Shown here: positions 40,175 through 55,857 of the stretch, in pieces
Numbering within the stretch: the first letter of the stretch is position 1
Layout: each line of letters starts with the position of its first letter
Source: Octopus vulgaris
Lineage: Eukaryota
DNA length: 64,000 nt
Direction: 5' to 3'
Assembly (NCBI GenBank): GCA_951406725.2
Contig: OX597817.1
Coordinates: 92,256,001-92,320,000 of the forward strand
Position numbers and translations under genes: made by a program
Notes under the pieces: model-generated
Database searches by the model: none
Told to the model about the DNA's origin: nothing
The model's input: only the letters and a program-made list of their open reading frames with translations

Positions 40175-40854
40175 TCTATATATATAAAACTGTAGTTGTG
40201 TGAGTGTCTGTCCCCTTCGATTTAGATTCCTAACTACTCCCACATTTTGCGGTGCAGTTTAACCAAATTCGGGTAGCTTATAGTCGTGATTCATATCGAG
40301 CCCGTCTGAGTATTAGCGCGCGTCTACGATTTTAAAAATAATTTAACATCATTTTTTATTCCATTTTAATGCATAATTTTTCGTGTGTCGATGGCGGTGG
40401 AGTTGGCGTCCACGCTCACACCTGCACCTGTGGGGAAGGGAGTGTAAGGAAATCAACATCGTAATGCATTGTCAAGGAGACCAGCGTTCTTTTAGAACAA
40501 CGACTTCATGGCTTGAAGACACCAAAACAGAAATGGCTAAGAAAGCGTCTACATGAGTCTACGATTTAAAAAAAATTTACCATCGTTTTTTTCCATTTTA
40601 ATGCATTTTTTCGCTATTATATAAGGAAGTTTTTAAAATTTAAACTCCAATTAAGCAAAATTTAAGGAAGTAACTCTAAAAATGTCCACGATGAGTCAAC
40701 GATTTACACCAAAAACGCAATTTACCATCATATTTTTTCCATTTTAATAGCATTTTTTGCTATTTTTTGGCTATAACTCTAAAAATGCTTATATAGTTAT
40801 TTCCCTGAGTACAAATGTATGGGAGCTAAGAGCAACGCCGGGCGATACTGCTAG
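40175..40854 (+). mobile_element. non-autonomous Helitron
   Basis: 5' TCTATATATATAAAA; 3' GAGCAACGCCGGGCGATACTGCTAG-T; internal TCTACGATTT repeats. Confidence 0.75.
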
Positions 40855-40860
40855 TTAGTA

Positions 40861-40909
40861 ATAAAGTAAACATACACTCATACATACATACATACATACA
40901 TACATACAT

Positions 40910-40946
<37 letters not shown>

Positions 40947-41015
40947 TACACACACACACATACATACATACACACATACATACATACATACATACATATA
41001 CATACATACATACAT

Positions 41016-41059
<44 letters not shown>

Positions 41060-41192
41060 GAAGCTTGAGAACAATCAGATACATTTGCAACACATCTGTT
41101 GAAAATATTATTGTTCACACACATACATATACATATATACATACATACAGACAGACAGACAGATAGACACACACACACACACACACACACAC
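40861..41192. repeat. (TACA)n/(CA)n/(GACA)n microsatellites
   Basis: direct reading. Confidence 0.9.
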
Positions 41193-41245
41193 ATGATCCA
41201 GCATGGCCACAACCTCAAGGCTGAAACATATAAAAGAATAACAGA

Positions 41246-41615
41246 ATATAAATGTGTGCAAACTACAAGAAATATTAATGCAGTATATGGGGATTGGACA
41301 ATAAGCGTAAGGCAGTGTCAATGGTGGTTCCAGAAATCCCGAGCCATAAACTACAGCCTAGAAGACGAGCCTCATCCTGAAAGATCTGTAGAACTCGACA
41401 AGGACATCCTGAAAACCCTGGTGGAACAAAATCTCATCGTAACTGTTGAGGAACTAGCAGAGAAGCTTGGATTTGGTCATTCAACCATTCATTGAGACCT
41501 GTGTGCTATCGGAAAAGTCAGCAAATTGGGTCAATGGGTTCCTCACAAACTTTCCGAGTCTAATTGCATGCAGAGAGTTAATGTATGCTTTTCTTTGCTG
41601 TCATATCTCACCACT
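41246..41615 (+). pseudogene. mariner transposase N-terminal fragment
   Basis: TTRNINAVYG..TISVRQCQWWF...GQWVPHKLSE. Confidence 0.85.
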
Positions 41616-41629
41616 ACTGCGCTATGTAT

Positions 41630-42263
41630 ATCTATATATATAAAACTGTAGTTGTGTGAGTGTCTGTCCCCTTCGATTTAGATTCCTAACTACTCCCACA
41701 TTTTGCGGTACAGTTTAACCAAATTCGGGTAGCTTATAGTCGTGATTCATATCGAGCCCGTCTGAATATTAGCGCGCGTCTACGATGAGTCTACGATTTT
41801 AAAAATAATTTAACATCATTTTTTATTCCATTTTAATGCATAATTTTTCGTGTGTCGATGGCGGCGGAGTTGGCGTCCACGCTCACACCTGCACCTGTGG
41901 GGAAGGGAGTGTAAGGAAATCAACGTCGTAATGCGTTGTCAAGGAGACCAGTGTTCTTTTAGAACAACGACTTCATGGCTTGAAGACACCAAAACAGAAA
42001 TGGCTAAGAAAGCGTCTACATGAGTCTACGATTTAAAAAAAAATTTACCATCGTTTTTTTCCATTTTAATGCATTTTTTCGCTATTATATATGGGAAGTA
42101 ACTCTCTAAAAATGTCTACGATTAGTCAACGATTTAAAAAAAAATTTACCATCACATTTTTTCCATTTTTATGCATTTTTTGCTATTTTTTGGCTATAAC
42201 TCTAAAAATGCCTATATAGTTATTTCCCTTACAAACCCGAGCAACGCCGGGCGATACTGCTAG
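41630..42263 (+). mobile_element. non-autonomous Helitron
   Basis: 5' TC; 3' hairpin CCCGAGCAACGCCGGG then CTAG-T. Confidence 0.8.
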
Positions 42264-42368
42264 TGTATATATATATGTATATATATATATGTATATATAT
42301 GTATATATATATATGTATATATATTTGTATATATATATGTGTATATATATATGTATAAACGTATATAT

Positions 42369-42452
<84 letters not shown>

Positions 42453-42453
42453 G

Positions 42454-42498
<45 letters not shown>

Positions 42499-42653
42499 GT
42501 ATATGTATATATTTATATATATGTATATATATATGTATATATTTATATATGTGTATATATATGTATATATATGTGTATATATATGTATATATATATATTT
42601 GTATATATATATGTATATATATATATGTATATATATATATGTATATATATATT

Positions 42654-43657
42654 ATGTGAAATAGAGAGATGAATAATCTTGTAGTAGATTAATCAAAAAT
42701 TAATCAAAAGTTTAACCGATACCTTAGTAGCAAAAATCACAGCAGTAAAACAGCACGGTTGGAGGTACAACCATATGGTGTTGCAACCGTGCGTTGGTGC
42801 GGATAATTGAAATTAGAACATTATTGGTGAATTGAAGAAATGGAGCTGAACGCAGATTGAACAGAAATCGTTTTATTTCATTCTACACGTGTTTCGAAAG
42901 GCACAAATTACCAAAATCCGATGGAATAATGGGACCATATTGTGTCTTTCTCTTCAGGAAGAAAATAGGAAATCCGTTGGAAAAACAAAAACAGAACAGA
43001 GGCGGAGCAAAAACAAATCGAACTATGCTCCTAAGAGCCCATGGCGAAACTGTTTATCAGTGTATGATGAGAACCGGTGGCTGAAGAATTCAACGGGTCG
43101 GGCATCGGTCAATCATGTGGGTGAGGGGGCGTAGATGTTCTTTGTGACCGAGAATAAAGTTCTGACTATTTAAGGAATATTGGATGTTTTATAAGGGGCG
43201 AGAAAAATCTACTTAGAGACGTGTGTGTGTGTATACTGTTCTATATACGTGTGTGTTGGCGTAGGGGTAGAAAACATTTTTTGTGTACGTGTGTGCGTTT
43301 GATCGTTCGGCTGTCAGTGGCTACTGCCGTGTTGACCGTTGGGTGGCAGAAAAAAATATACATCATGTTTTATGTGTGTGTGTGTTCTCATCTAAACCTG
43401 CCTTGTCAAGGAAACCCCCCGCTGTGAAAAAAACCAAGCCCCATTTGTCTTACAGGAGTAATTCCCCTTGCAGTGGTTAATCGTAGATATCTTAAAGGCT
43501 ATTTCAGAATTTGTTACCAAGGGCTATGGGTGCCGGTATTATTTATAAACGCTATTTAAAAGCCAGATAAGTGTAACGCCGCCAATGGGGGCATCGAAAA
43601 GCCGACTGTAAAAGCCCGTTTACCATCCGGCCTCTGCGTGTCTCCAATTCACCAATT
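42654..43657 (-). mobile_element. hammerhead-bearing non-coding pLTR/retrozyme-like element in (TA)n
   Basis: homologous to 50692-50980 (TTAACCGATACC...GTAGCAAA, CACGGTTG...ACCGTG); flanked by TA tracts. Confidence 0.7.
42874..42967 (-). ncRNA. type I hammerhead, 55-nt stem II domain, palindromic stem III
   Basis: TATTTTCTTC-CTGAAGA-GAAAGACACAA...TTGTGCCTTTC-GAAAC-acgt-GTA-GAATGAAATA. Confidence 0.85.
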
Positions 43658-43672
43658 ATGTATATATATATG

Positions 43673-43721
<49 letters not shown>

Positions 43722-43775
43722 GTATATATATATCTGTATATATATATGTATATATATATATATTATGTATATATC

Positions 43776-44154
43776 TCTCTCTATATAAACGGCAGTTTGT
43801 CTGTGCGTGTTTCTGTGTGTCTGTTTGCTTGTACCCTCACCCTGACCACGGCTTTCAACCGATTCTGATGAAACTTGACACACACATAGCCCAATGTCAT
43901 GATTCAAAACTAACGCAGCGAAAATTTTGAAAAGTTCCCCAGTTCTGAAAAAAATCGATAAATTCGACATGGGGTCGAGAATCAGGAATACGAACCACAA
44001 ACTGTCTAGGGGACGCAACTCTACCTTTTTTAAATCTCAAAAAAAAATTTACCATTTTTTTCCATTTTTTTGCTATTTTTTGGCTATAACTCTCTAAAAA
44101 TGCTTTATAGTTATTTCCCTTACAAACCTGAGCAACGCCGGGCGATACTGCTAG
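43776..44154 (+). mobile_element. non-autonomous Helitron, different 5' end but same 3' end
   Basis: 5' TCTCTATATAAACGGCAG; 3' CCTGAGCAACGCCGGGCGATACTGCTAG-T. Confidence 0.75.
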
Positions 44155-45740
<1,586 letters not shown>

Positions 45741-46550
45741 AAAGTTTGCTTATTATTATTATTATTATTATTATTTTCAGCTTCGCCTCGTATTGCATAT
45801 TATTTCTCCATACAGGGGTTTTTTTTTTTCAATGGCGGCCCATTTTCGCGCGGTTCCACTATTTCCCTTCTTTCTCTCTCTCTTTTACGTTGTCTGCCAT
45901 CCCCCCTCTTCCTTTGCTAAGAGCATTTTTAAGCCAGCCCGTCATATTCCCGTGTCAGGCCGAAGAACGAAATGTTCCCAAGATAAGAGAGTCTTTCTAA
46001 TCTAATGTTGTGGTTGAGCTGTTTATTATTTATTATTATTACTATTATTATTAGTATTAGTATTGTCCCTTTGATCCTCGGTCAAAAGTTTGCTTATTAT
46101 TATTATTATTATTATTATTACTACTATTTTCAGCTTCGCCTCGTATTGCATATTATTTCTCCATGCAGGGGTTTTTTTCAATGGCGGCCCATTTTCGCGC
46201 GGTTCCACTATTTCCCTCTCTCTCTCTCCCTCTTTTACGTTGTCTGCCATCCCCCTCTTTCTTTGCTAAGAGCATTTTTAAGCCAGCCCGTCATATTCCC
46301 GGTGCACCCGCCCTTGCCCACCCCCACCACCAATACCGGATATCTCTATATTTTTGCTCCATCTATACCGGATGTCGCTTCTCCCACCACCATTATAGGT
46401 GTCTACTCTTCGAACGCCCCTCTTCAATACACTATTTCACCATGCATTACCCCTCTCTTGATATCCTACGTTCTACTTGCCTAGAACCTGTCATCATTTC
46501 TCTGAACCACCCCTCCCCACTGGTGCTCCCCTATATTTCTGCCCCCCCAC
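45741..46550. repeat. unclassified element with a 344-bp head-to-tail repeat
   Basis: 45741-45951 repeated at 46085-46301. Confidence 0.8.
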
Positions 46551-46554
46551 CCAC

Positions 46555-46801
46555 ATAAAAAGCACCATCCGAACGTGGCCGATGCCAGACCCCTCTGGCA
46601 CCTGTGCAGGTGGCACGTAAAAAACACCCACTACACTCGCGGAGTGGTTGGCGTTAGGAAGGGCATCCAGCTGTAGAAACACTGCCAGACTAGACTGGAG
46701 CCTGGGGCAGTCCCTAGCTCCCCAGACCCCGGTCGAAACCGTCCAACCCGTGCTAGCGCGGAAAACGGACGTTAAACGATGATGATGATGATGATGATGA
46801 T
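46555..46801 (+). mobile_element. RTE 3' tail (related subfamily) with (GAT)n
   Basis: GGAGTGGTTGGCGTTAGGAAGGGCATCCAGCTGTAGAAAC...GGACGTTAAACGATGAT. Confidence 0.85.
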
Positions 46802-46981
46802 GTATGTATATATATATATGTATGTATATATACATATATAATATATATATATATGTATGTATATATACATATATAATATATATATATATGTATGTATATA
46901 TATATATGTATGTATATATACATATATAATATATATATATATGTATGTATATATATATATGTATGTATATATACATATATA

Positions 46982-47016
<35 letters not shown>

Positions 47017-47037
47017 TATAATATATATATATACATA

Positions 47038-47442
47038 GGCACAGGAGTGGCTGTGTGGTAAGTAGCTTGCTAACCAACCACATGGCTCCGGGTTCAGTCC
47101 TACTGCGGGGCATCTTGGGCAAGTGTCTTCTGCTATAGCCCCGGGCCGACCAATGCCTTGTGAGTGGATTTGGTAGACGGAAACTGAAAGAAGCCTGTCG
47201 TATATATGTATATATATATATGTGTGTGTGTTTGTGTGTCTGTGTTTGTCCCCCTAGCATTGCTCGACAACCGATGCTGGTGTGTTTACGTCCCCGTCAC
47301 TTAGCGGTTCGGCAAAAAAGTGACCGATAGAATAAGTACTGGGCTTACAAAGAATAAGTCCCGGGGTCGATTTGCTCGACTAAAGGCGGTGCTCCAGCAT
47401 GGCCGCAGTCAAATGACTGAAACAAGTAAAAGAGTAAAGAGT
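47038..47442 (+). mobile_element. full-length tRNA-derived SINE
   Basis: A box TGGCTGTGTGG, B box GGTTCAGTCC, internal microsatellite, 3' tail GGCGGTGCTCCAGCATGGCCGCAGTCAAATGACTGAAACAAGTAAAAGAG. Confidence 0.9.
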
Positions 47443-48302
<860 letters not shown>

Positions 48303-48305
<3 letters not shown>

Positions 48306-49423
48306 GTTAATAAAATAGAACATATGCATATATATAAACATATATGTACGTACCTACCTCTACGTGTACATATACATGCATATATGTGTACAGGACACCA
48401 AAAAGACGTCGAACACATAGAGAGACGAAAAACATAGACACAAACCAAGGAACAAGACAAGCAAAAAAAGAGATACAGGACAATAAGCACAACGAAAAAT
48501 CCCCTTCTTCAGTCGCTAAGGTTTCATCTACTAAACGTTTCGAAGGATAAAAGCGAGACGTATACTTCGAAGAAAACTTCCTTCCTGCGAAAAGCAAATC
48601 AATTAAAATTCTGAGATCTTTTCGCAGAGGGGTAAAAAAGCAAGACGGTAACGACAGTACAAACATATAAACAGTAAAAAATATATATATAAACAGTGGA
48701 AAAATAAATATATAACAGTGAGAGACAGGACAAGGAGAACAAGATAAGAAGGGCTGTTAACGCCAGACGAAAAAAGTATTGCAAACGCTGGATTAAAGTG
48801 GACGACGAGAGAGAAAGGATATCGACCAGTAGCCTTAGAAGGCGGGCGAGAAAAGACAGGATAGCAGTTACGACGGAAGTATCGTCGCAGATGGACGACG
48901 GGAATGGGGGAGGAGGAGCAAGAGGAAGAGAGAGAAGAAGGGGAATTGTGCGAGGAGACCATGAAGAACAGTGAGGGGGAGAGAGAGAGGAAGACACAAG
49001 TTAAGTGAGGGAAAAAAAGACGAAAAAGGGAATGGGAGAGAAAGAAAGAAAGATGCAGAGTCGCGTGAGAGTTAATATCAAGGCTAACTTGATAAACAGA
49101 ACAATCTTACTTAATAGGGTGCGTGCGTTTAGTCGTATAATATGTTAATAAAATAGAACATATGCATATATATAAACATATATGTACGTACCTACCTCTA
49201 CATGTACATATACACGCATATATGTGTACAGGACACCAAAAGACGTCGAACACATAGAGAGACGAAAAACATAGACACAAACCAAGGAACAAGACAAGCA
49301 AAAAAAGAGATACAGGACAATAAGCACAACGAAAAATCCCCTTCTTCAGTCGCTAAGGTTTCATCTACTAAACGTTTCGAAGGATAAAAGCGAGACGTAT
49401 ACTTCGAAGAAAACTTCCTTCCT
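48303..49423 (-). mobile_element. non-coding head-to-tail 1.3-mer (838-bp unit) in (TA)n, sister of 20383-21445
   Basis: 48303-48586 repeated at 49141-49423. Confidence 0.75.
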
Positions 49424-49454
49424 ATATATATATATATATGTATATATGTAAATG

Positions 49455-49505
<51 letters not shown>

Positions 49506-49647
49506 GTAAATGTATATATATATATATATATGTAAATGTATATATGTATATATATATGTAAATGTATATATATATATATATATATGTAAATGTATATATG
49601 TATATATATATATATATATGCATATATATATATATGTATATATGTAT

Positions 49648-50410
49648 AGCCTAAATCTGTGAGGGACCTGAGTATCGACATGAGTGAGGATACCTTTTTT
49701 CGAAGTGCATATTACCAGGATGGCGACGAAGTGCAGACAACTGGCTGGATGGATCCTAAGAACATTCAGAACCAAAGATAAGGAAACCATGATGGTCCTC
49801 TGGCGGACATTCGTCCTCAGCCGCCTGGATTACTGTTCACAGCTATGTTCACACACCAGTGTGAAATTAACGGTGGACCTTGAAGCAATCCAGAGAAGAT
49901 TCACAAAGAAGATCGTCTCTTTGGAACAGCTCAGCTACTGGGAAAGGTTGAAACAGCTAAGACTCTACTCCCTGGAGAGAAGACAGGAGAGGTGTGCAGT
50001 AATATATGTCTGGAAGGAATTGTGCCAAATTTTGGCATTGTAAGCTACACCAATGCTAGAACGGGATGACACTGCATAGTGCCAAAGATCCCAGCAATGC
50101 CATCACACTTCAGTACCAGCTTCTGCAACAGCCTGGGTTTCAAGGCCCACAGGTTTTTAATATTCTCCCAAAGAGTCTGAGGAACTTGCACAAAGTAGAT
50201 GTAGCGGTTTTTAAATCAAAGCTGGACATCTTCCTGTCGAGAGTCCCTGATGAACCTACCTCACGGCAAGAGGTGCAAATGAGAGTAGCTATATCAAACT
50301 CCATTCTTCACCAAGTACCACATATTAGAGGAGGTTCTTCATAATAACAGTGTAGCACAAAACGGCAGTGCATCAGCATGGCCGCAGCTCTGACCAGAAA
50401 CAAAAAAAAG
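49648..50410 (+). mobile_element. CR1-group LINE 3' fragment A
   Basis: GWILRTFRT...[10 protein letters not shown]...YWERLKQLRLYSLERR...VPDEP; tail GGCAGTGCATCAGCATGGCC. Confidence 0.85.
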
Positions 50411-50459
50411 AACGAGAAAAAAACAATATATGTATATATATATATATATGTATATATAA

Positions 50460-50501
<42 letters not shown>

Positions 50502-50504
50502 ATG

Positions 50505-50539
<35 letters not shown>

Positions 50540-50691
50540 GTATATATATATATATGTACATATATATGTGTATGTATATGTATATATATATATATATGTA
50601 CATATATATGTATATGTATATATATATATGTATATATATACATATATATGTATATGTACATATGTATATATATATATATATGTATATATAT

Positions 50692-51151
50692 AAGTAGGTG
50701 AATGAATTATCCCAATATGGAAAATTCGGTTAACCGATACCTGGGTAGCAAATTCACGTCAGAAAACACGGTTGAAGCTACATATCAAGGGTAGGAACAC
50801 CGTGTTCTTGTGTGTAAATTTGTGTGTTTTTTTTATATGAATAAATGAAAGAATGTAGTCGAACAAATGTTTTAACAAAATTCCTTTACTCTCGACACAT
50901 GTTTCAAAGATGGCATACTCTTAATTCGGAAGGAATAAAAGGTGCATTATGCTGTCTTCTCCTCAGGAAAGACAAGGAACCTATATCAGTCTCAAGACGA
51001 ACAAAAGCTTTTTGATGACTGCCTACATTGTGTCCACTGTGCACCTTATATTCCTTCCGAATTAAGAGTATGCAGTCTTCGAAACATGTGTCGAGAGTAA
51101 AGGAATTTTGTTAAAACATTCGTTCAACTCCATTCTTTCATTTATTCATAT
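50692..51151 (-). mobile_element. hammerhead-bearing element with inverted partial copy (51040-51151)
   Basis: 50836-50946 and 51040-51151 are reverse complements with a few differences. Confidence 0.75.
50882..50978 (-). ncRNA. type I hammerhead, 54-nt stem II domain
   Basis: TCCTTGTCTTTC-CTGAGGA-GAAGACAGCATA...TATGCCATCTTT-GAAAC-atgt-GTC-GAGAGTAAAGGA. Confidence 0.85.
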
Positions 51152-51236
51152 GTATATATGTATATATATATGTATATATGTATGTATATATGTATGTATA
51201 TATATATGTATATGTATATGTGTATATATATATGTG

Positions 51237-51292
<56 letters not shown>

Positions 51293-51293
<1 letters not shown>

Positions 51294-51374
51294 TATTGGT
51301 GAATTGAAGAAATGGAGCTGAACGAAGATTGAACAGAAATCGTTTTATTTCATTCTACACGTGTTTCGAAAGGC
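51293..51374 (-). repeat. truncated copy of 42821-42902 (3' half of the hammerhead) in (TA)n
   Basis: near-identical sequence. Confidence 0.85.
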
Positions 51375-51653
51375 TTGTATATATATATATATGTACTTAT
51401 ATATATGTATATATATATATATGTACATATATATATATGTATATATATGTATATATATATATATATATGTACATATATATATATATATGTACATGTATGT
51501 ACATATATATATATATGTACATATATATATATATGTACATATATATATATATGTACATATATATATATATGTATATATATATGTACATATATATATATGT
51601 ATATATATATGTACATATATATATATATGTATATATATATGTATATATATATG

Positions 51654-51698
<45 letters not shown>

Positions 51699-51981
51699 GT
51701 ACATATATATATTCATATATATATATGTACATATATATATGTATATATATATGTATGTACATATATATATGTATATATATATATATGTATGTACATATAT
51801 ATATGTATATATATATATATGTGTATATATATATGTATATATATATGTATATATATATATTGTGTATATATATATGTATATATATATATGTGTATATATA
51901 TATGTATATATATATATATGTATATATATATGTATATATATATGTGTATATATATATGTATATATATATATGTGTATATAT

Positions 51982-52714
51982 GTGACGATGCATCTTTTTC
52001 TTCACACATCGCGAAGGTGGCGACAATGTGCAGACGACTCACTGGCTGGATCCTGAAGACATTCCGGACAAGAGACTGCGAGACCATGTTGACACTATGG
52101 AGGACATTTGTCCTAAGCCGCCTGGACTACTGCTCCCAACTGTGGTCACCGCATAGTGTCAAACTAACCACAGAGCTTGAGACAATCCAAAGACATTTCA
52201 CCAAGAGGATTTCCACCATGAAAGAAAAGAACTATTGGGAGAGGCTTAGGGAACTCAATTTGTACTCCTTGGAACGAAGACGAGAGAGATATGCAGTGAT
52301 ATACATATGGAAATCCTGGAGGGACTAGCACCAAATTTTGGAATTGAGAGCTGTTCCAATCCCCGTACAGGACGTCACTGTGTGGTGCCAAAGGTCCCGT
52401 CTTCCACATCCAGGGTAAGGAGCAGATACTGTAATAGCCTGGGGTTCAGGGTCCCTCAGCTGTTCAACAAACTGCCAAGAAAACTAAGAGATCTACATGA
52501 TGCGGATGTGGACATTTTCAAAAACATCTAGACAAGCTGCTTTCCGGGATCCCAGATGAGCCCACTGCAAGGTACGAAGGTAACCTAAGGGCAGCAGCTA
52601 CAAACTCTCTCTTAGATCAGTGGCCAGCCACGGCAAACTGGACTTAGAGAGGGTAGCAACAAGGGCGGTGCCCCAGCATGGCCTCAGCCGGATGGCTGAA
52701 ACAAGTAAAAGAGT
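51982..52714 (+). mobile_element. CR1-group LINE 3' fragment B
   Basis: DDASFSSHI...[10 protein letters not shown]...[13 protein letters not shown]...[10 protein letters not shown]; SINE-like 3' tail. Confidence 0.88.
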
Positions 52715-53290
52715 ATGTATAGATATATATATGTACATATATATGTGTACATATATATGTATATATATATATGTATATATATATATATGTATAGATATAT
52801 ATATGTACATATATATGTATATATATATACACACATATATATGTATATATATGTGTATATATATACACACATATATATATATGTATATATATATATGTAT
52901 ATGTATATGTGTATATGTATATATGTATGTTTATACATATATATATGTATATATATATATGTATATATATATGTGTATATGTATATATGTATGTTTATAC
53001 ATATATATATGTATATATGTATATGTATATATATATGTGTATATGTATATATGTATGTTTATACATATATATATGTATATATATGTATATATGTGTATAT
53101 ATATGTGTATATATGTGTATATATATGTATATATATATATGTATATATATATGTGTATATATGTATATATATGTATATGTGTGTATATATATATATATAA
53201 CGGCAGTGCATCAGCATGGCCTCAGCTCTGAGCTGAAACAAGGAAGAATGAAATGTATATATGTATATATATACATATATATATATGTAT

Positions 53291-54130
53291 ACAAATATGA
53301 GAGGGAATCCACTATGTGGACGCCCTTACGCTAAAGAGAGATCTACATGAGTCTCAACCACTAACAATTGTTCTCAAGAAAAATTTTGCACACTATGAAC
53401 GTAGTCGAGCAGGACAAATGAAAAATAACAAAAATATAGATTAACCCCATACAATTGTTTCACTGTTAATAAATTATGCAATTTTACTCAAACAATTAAT
53501 TTGCAGATCATCAGTGAGGTCCGTCATAAAATATATTTTGTCGAACTGCACGCCAGATTTCAACACGAGGTCAAAAATACGAGTAGTTTGGCCTATTATA
53601 TCCACAGTTATATTCAAATGCCCTTGTTCTTGCGCGCCAAATTCCTCGAAATAAAATACTGCATAAATAATTCACTGCAGTAGTTTACGTCGGTTTGAGA
53701 ACATATTAATTTAGAATTAAAATCAAATTTAGGGTGAAAAAATTGGATATTAATTTAATAACATCAATTTAACACCAGTGGTTTAGCACATAAAAAACTG
53801 AGATTCAGTAAATATTATTAATACACAAATATGAGAGGAAATCCACTATGTGGACGCCCTTACACTAAACAGAGATTTTAAATCTAAATTAATACCTTCT
53901 CAAACCGGCGTAAACTACTGCTGTGAATTATTTATGCAGTATTTATTTCGGGAAGTTGACGTGCTAGAACGAAGGCATTTGAATATAACTGTGAATATAG
54001 TAGGCCGAACTACTCGTATTTTTGACCTCGTGTTAATATCTGGCGTGCAGTTCGACAAATTATATTTTATGACAGACCTCACTGATGATCTGCAGATTAA
54101 TTATGTAAGTAAAATTGCATAATTTATTAA
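53291..54130 (-). mobile_element. retrozyme-like element: 534-bp unit, partial repeat (53825-53876) and inverted copy (about 53915-54130)
   Basis: direct and inverted repeats read in sequence; diverged homologue of the 59943 unit. Confidence 0.8.
53443..53521 (-). ncRNA. type I hammerhead, 46-nt stem II domain, palindromic stem III
   Basis: GACCTCA-CTGATGA-tCTG...CAGt-GAAAC-aatt-GTA-TGGGGTT. Confidence 0.85.
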
Positions 54131-54142
54131 TCTATATATATG

Positions 54143-55140
54143 TATGATCACAAGTTATGCAGATGATACAAAAGTTTCACAGGTAATACAGAACCCTGAA
54201 GATACTATGTACCTGCAATGTGAGCTAGACAAAATATACAAGTGGGCTTAAAAGAACAGCATGCAGTTCAATGCTGAAAAGTCTCAAGCTTTATGCTATC
54301 AGCATGCAAAACTAAATGCAATACCCAGTAAATACACTGGACCTGGAGGGATTGCAATCCCAGAGGCACAATCAGTGCGAGACCTGGGTATTTACATGAG
54401 TAATGATGCAACCTTTCATGTGCATGTTGCTAAATTGGCAATGAAATGTAGGCGGCTGACCTGATGGATTCTTAGAGCTTTTAGAACAAGAGACCAGGAA
54501 ACCATGATGGTCCTCTGGAGGACACTTGTCCTAAGCCACTTTGACTATTGCTCTCAGCTCTAGTCACCAACCAGTGTCGAATTAATCACAGAACTTGAGG
54601 CGATCCAACGAAGCTACACAAAGAAGATAGCCTCTGTGCAGCATATAAGCTATTGGGAAAGACTCAAGAGATTAAGACTCTATTCCTTAGAGCATAGGCG
54701 AGAAAGATATGCCATAATATACATCTGGAAGAGCTTGTCCCAAACTTTGGCATCGGGAGTTACACAAATGCTAGAACTGGGCGCCACTGCATGGTGCCAA
54801 AGACTCCAAATTTGCCATCAAGATGTAGAACAAGATACTGTGACAGCCTGGGCTTTAGAGGTCCACAGCTCTTCAATATCATCCTGAAGGACCTGAGAGA
54901 CCTGCATGGGGTGGATGCAGATATCTTTAAAATAAAACTGGATCTCTTCCTGTCAGGTGTCCCAGATGAACCAACTTCACGACAGGAGGTGCAGATGAGG
55001 GCAGCTGCATCGAACTCTCTCATGCACCAAATGGCAATTGCTAAAAAGCATTTGTGAAGTAAAATCATGTAGCAACACCGAATGGCGGTGCCCCAGCATG
55101 TCCACAGCTCGTGAGCTGAAACTAGATAAAATAAAAATAA
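54143..55140 (+). mobile_element. CR1-group LINE 3' fragment C
   Basis: SYADDTKV, MQFNAEK, SVRDLGI, VPDEP; tail GGCGGTGCCCCAGCATG..CAGCTCGTGAGCTGAAAC. Confidence 0.88.
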
Positions 55141-55857
55141 ATTAAAATAAATAAATAAATAATAATAACAATTGAATTATTTGTAGTAAGTAATAATTAA
55201 AATCAAACTAAAGTATAATATAATAATTAAATCGTAACATAACCAAAGTAAAAATAGCAATTGGTATAAAATTGCATCAATGATTTGAACTTGAATAAGT
55301 GTTTCTCATGAATGGGAATAAATTAAAAATAAAATTAGTGTGCAGAAATGGAATAGTCCAGATGGAGCTGTGCACATACCTTTTACCACGGCTTTTACAT
55401 TAGATTATCTGCTAATTAGCTAGCATTAAGTAACTATATGAAGTTTGGCTGTATGTTATGTTTGTTTTCTCGAACAGCCGCTTCTACTGAGTACTGCTAT
55501 TGGTTTATTTCTTATACATAAAGGACTATAGCTTCTACTGCGTACTCCTTTTGGATTCACCGTAAGGTTTATTGTTATTATTACTGTTTAACTATTGTCA
55601 TCACGTTTGTTGGTCCCTCAAAAGGGAGACATTGTTGTATTGCATTTGTTAAATAATTGTAAACAGTAACCCTCCCCCTTTGGGAGAAGAAGCTTTGGTT
55701 ATTGCTTAAAAATTGAATTGTGTCCCTGTTTGGGGAAATTGACAATATTTTCACTGGTTTATACGGAAGCATTTTTGTTAAAATGCCTTCGATAGAAGAA
55801 AGTCCAAAAATGCATTTCGCTGTAGCCATCGGCGGGTGCTAACTCATTAAAATTAAA

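Noticed and set aside
39844-42263. Biological tandem duplication of mariner fragment plus Helitron
   Set aside because: The first copy starts exactly at an assembly gap, so uncollapsed haplotypes are equally likely; needs reads.
47038-47110. Functional tRNA gene
   Set aside because: A/B boxes continue into a multi-copy SINE body and no convincing cloverleaf is visible.
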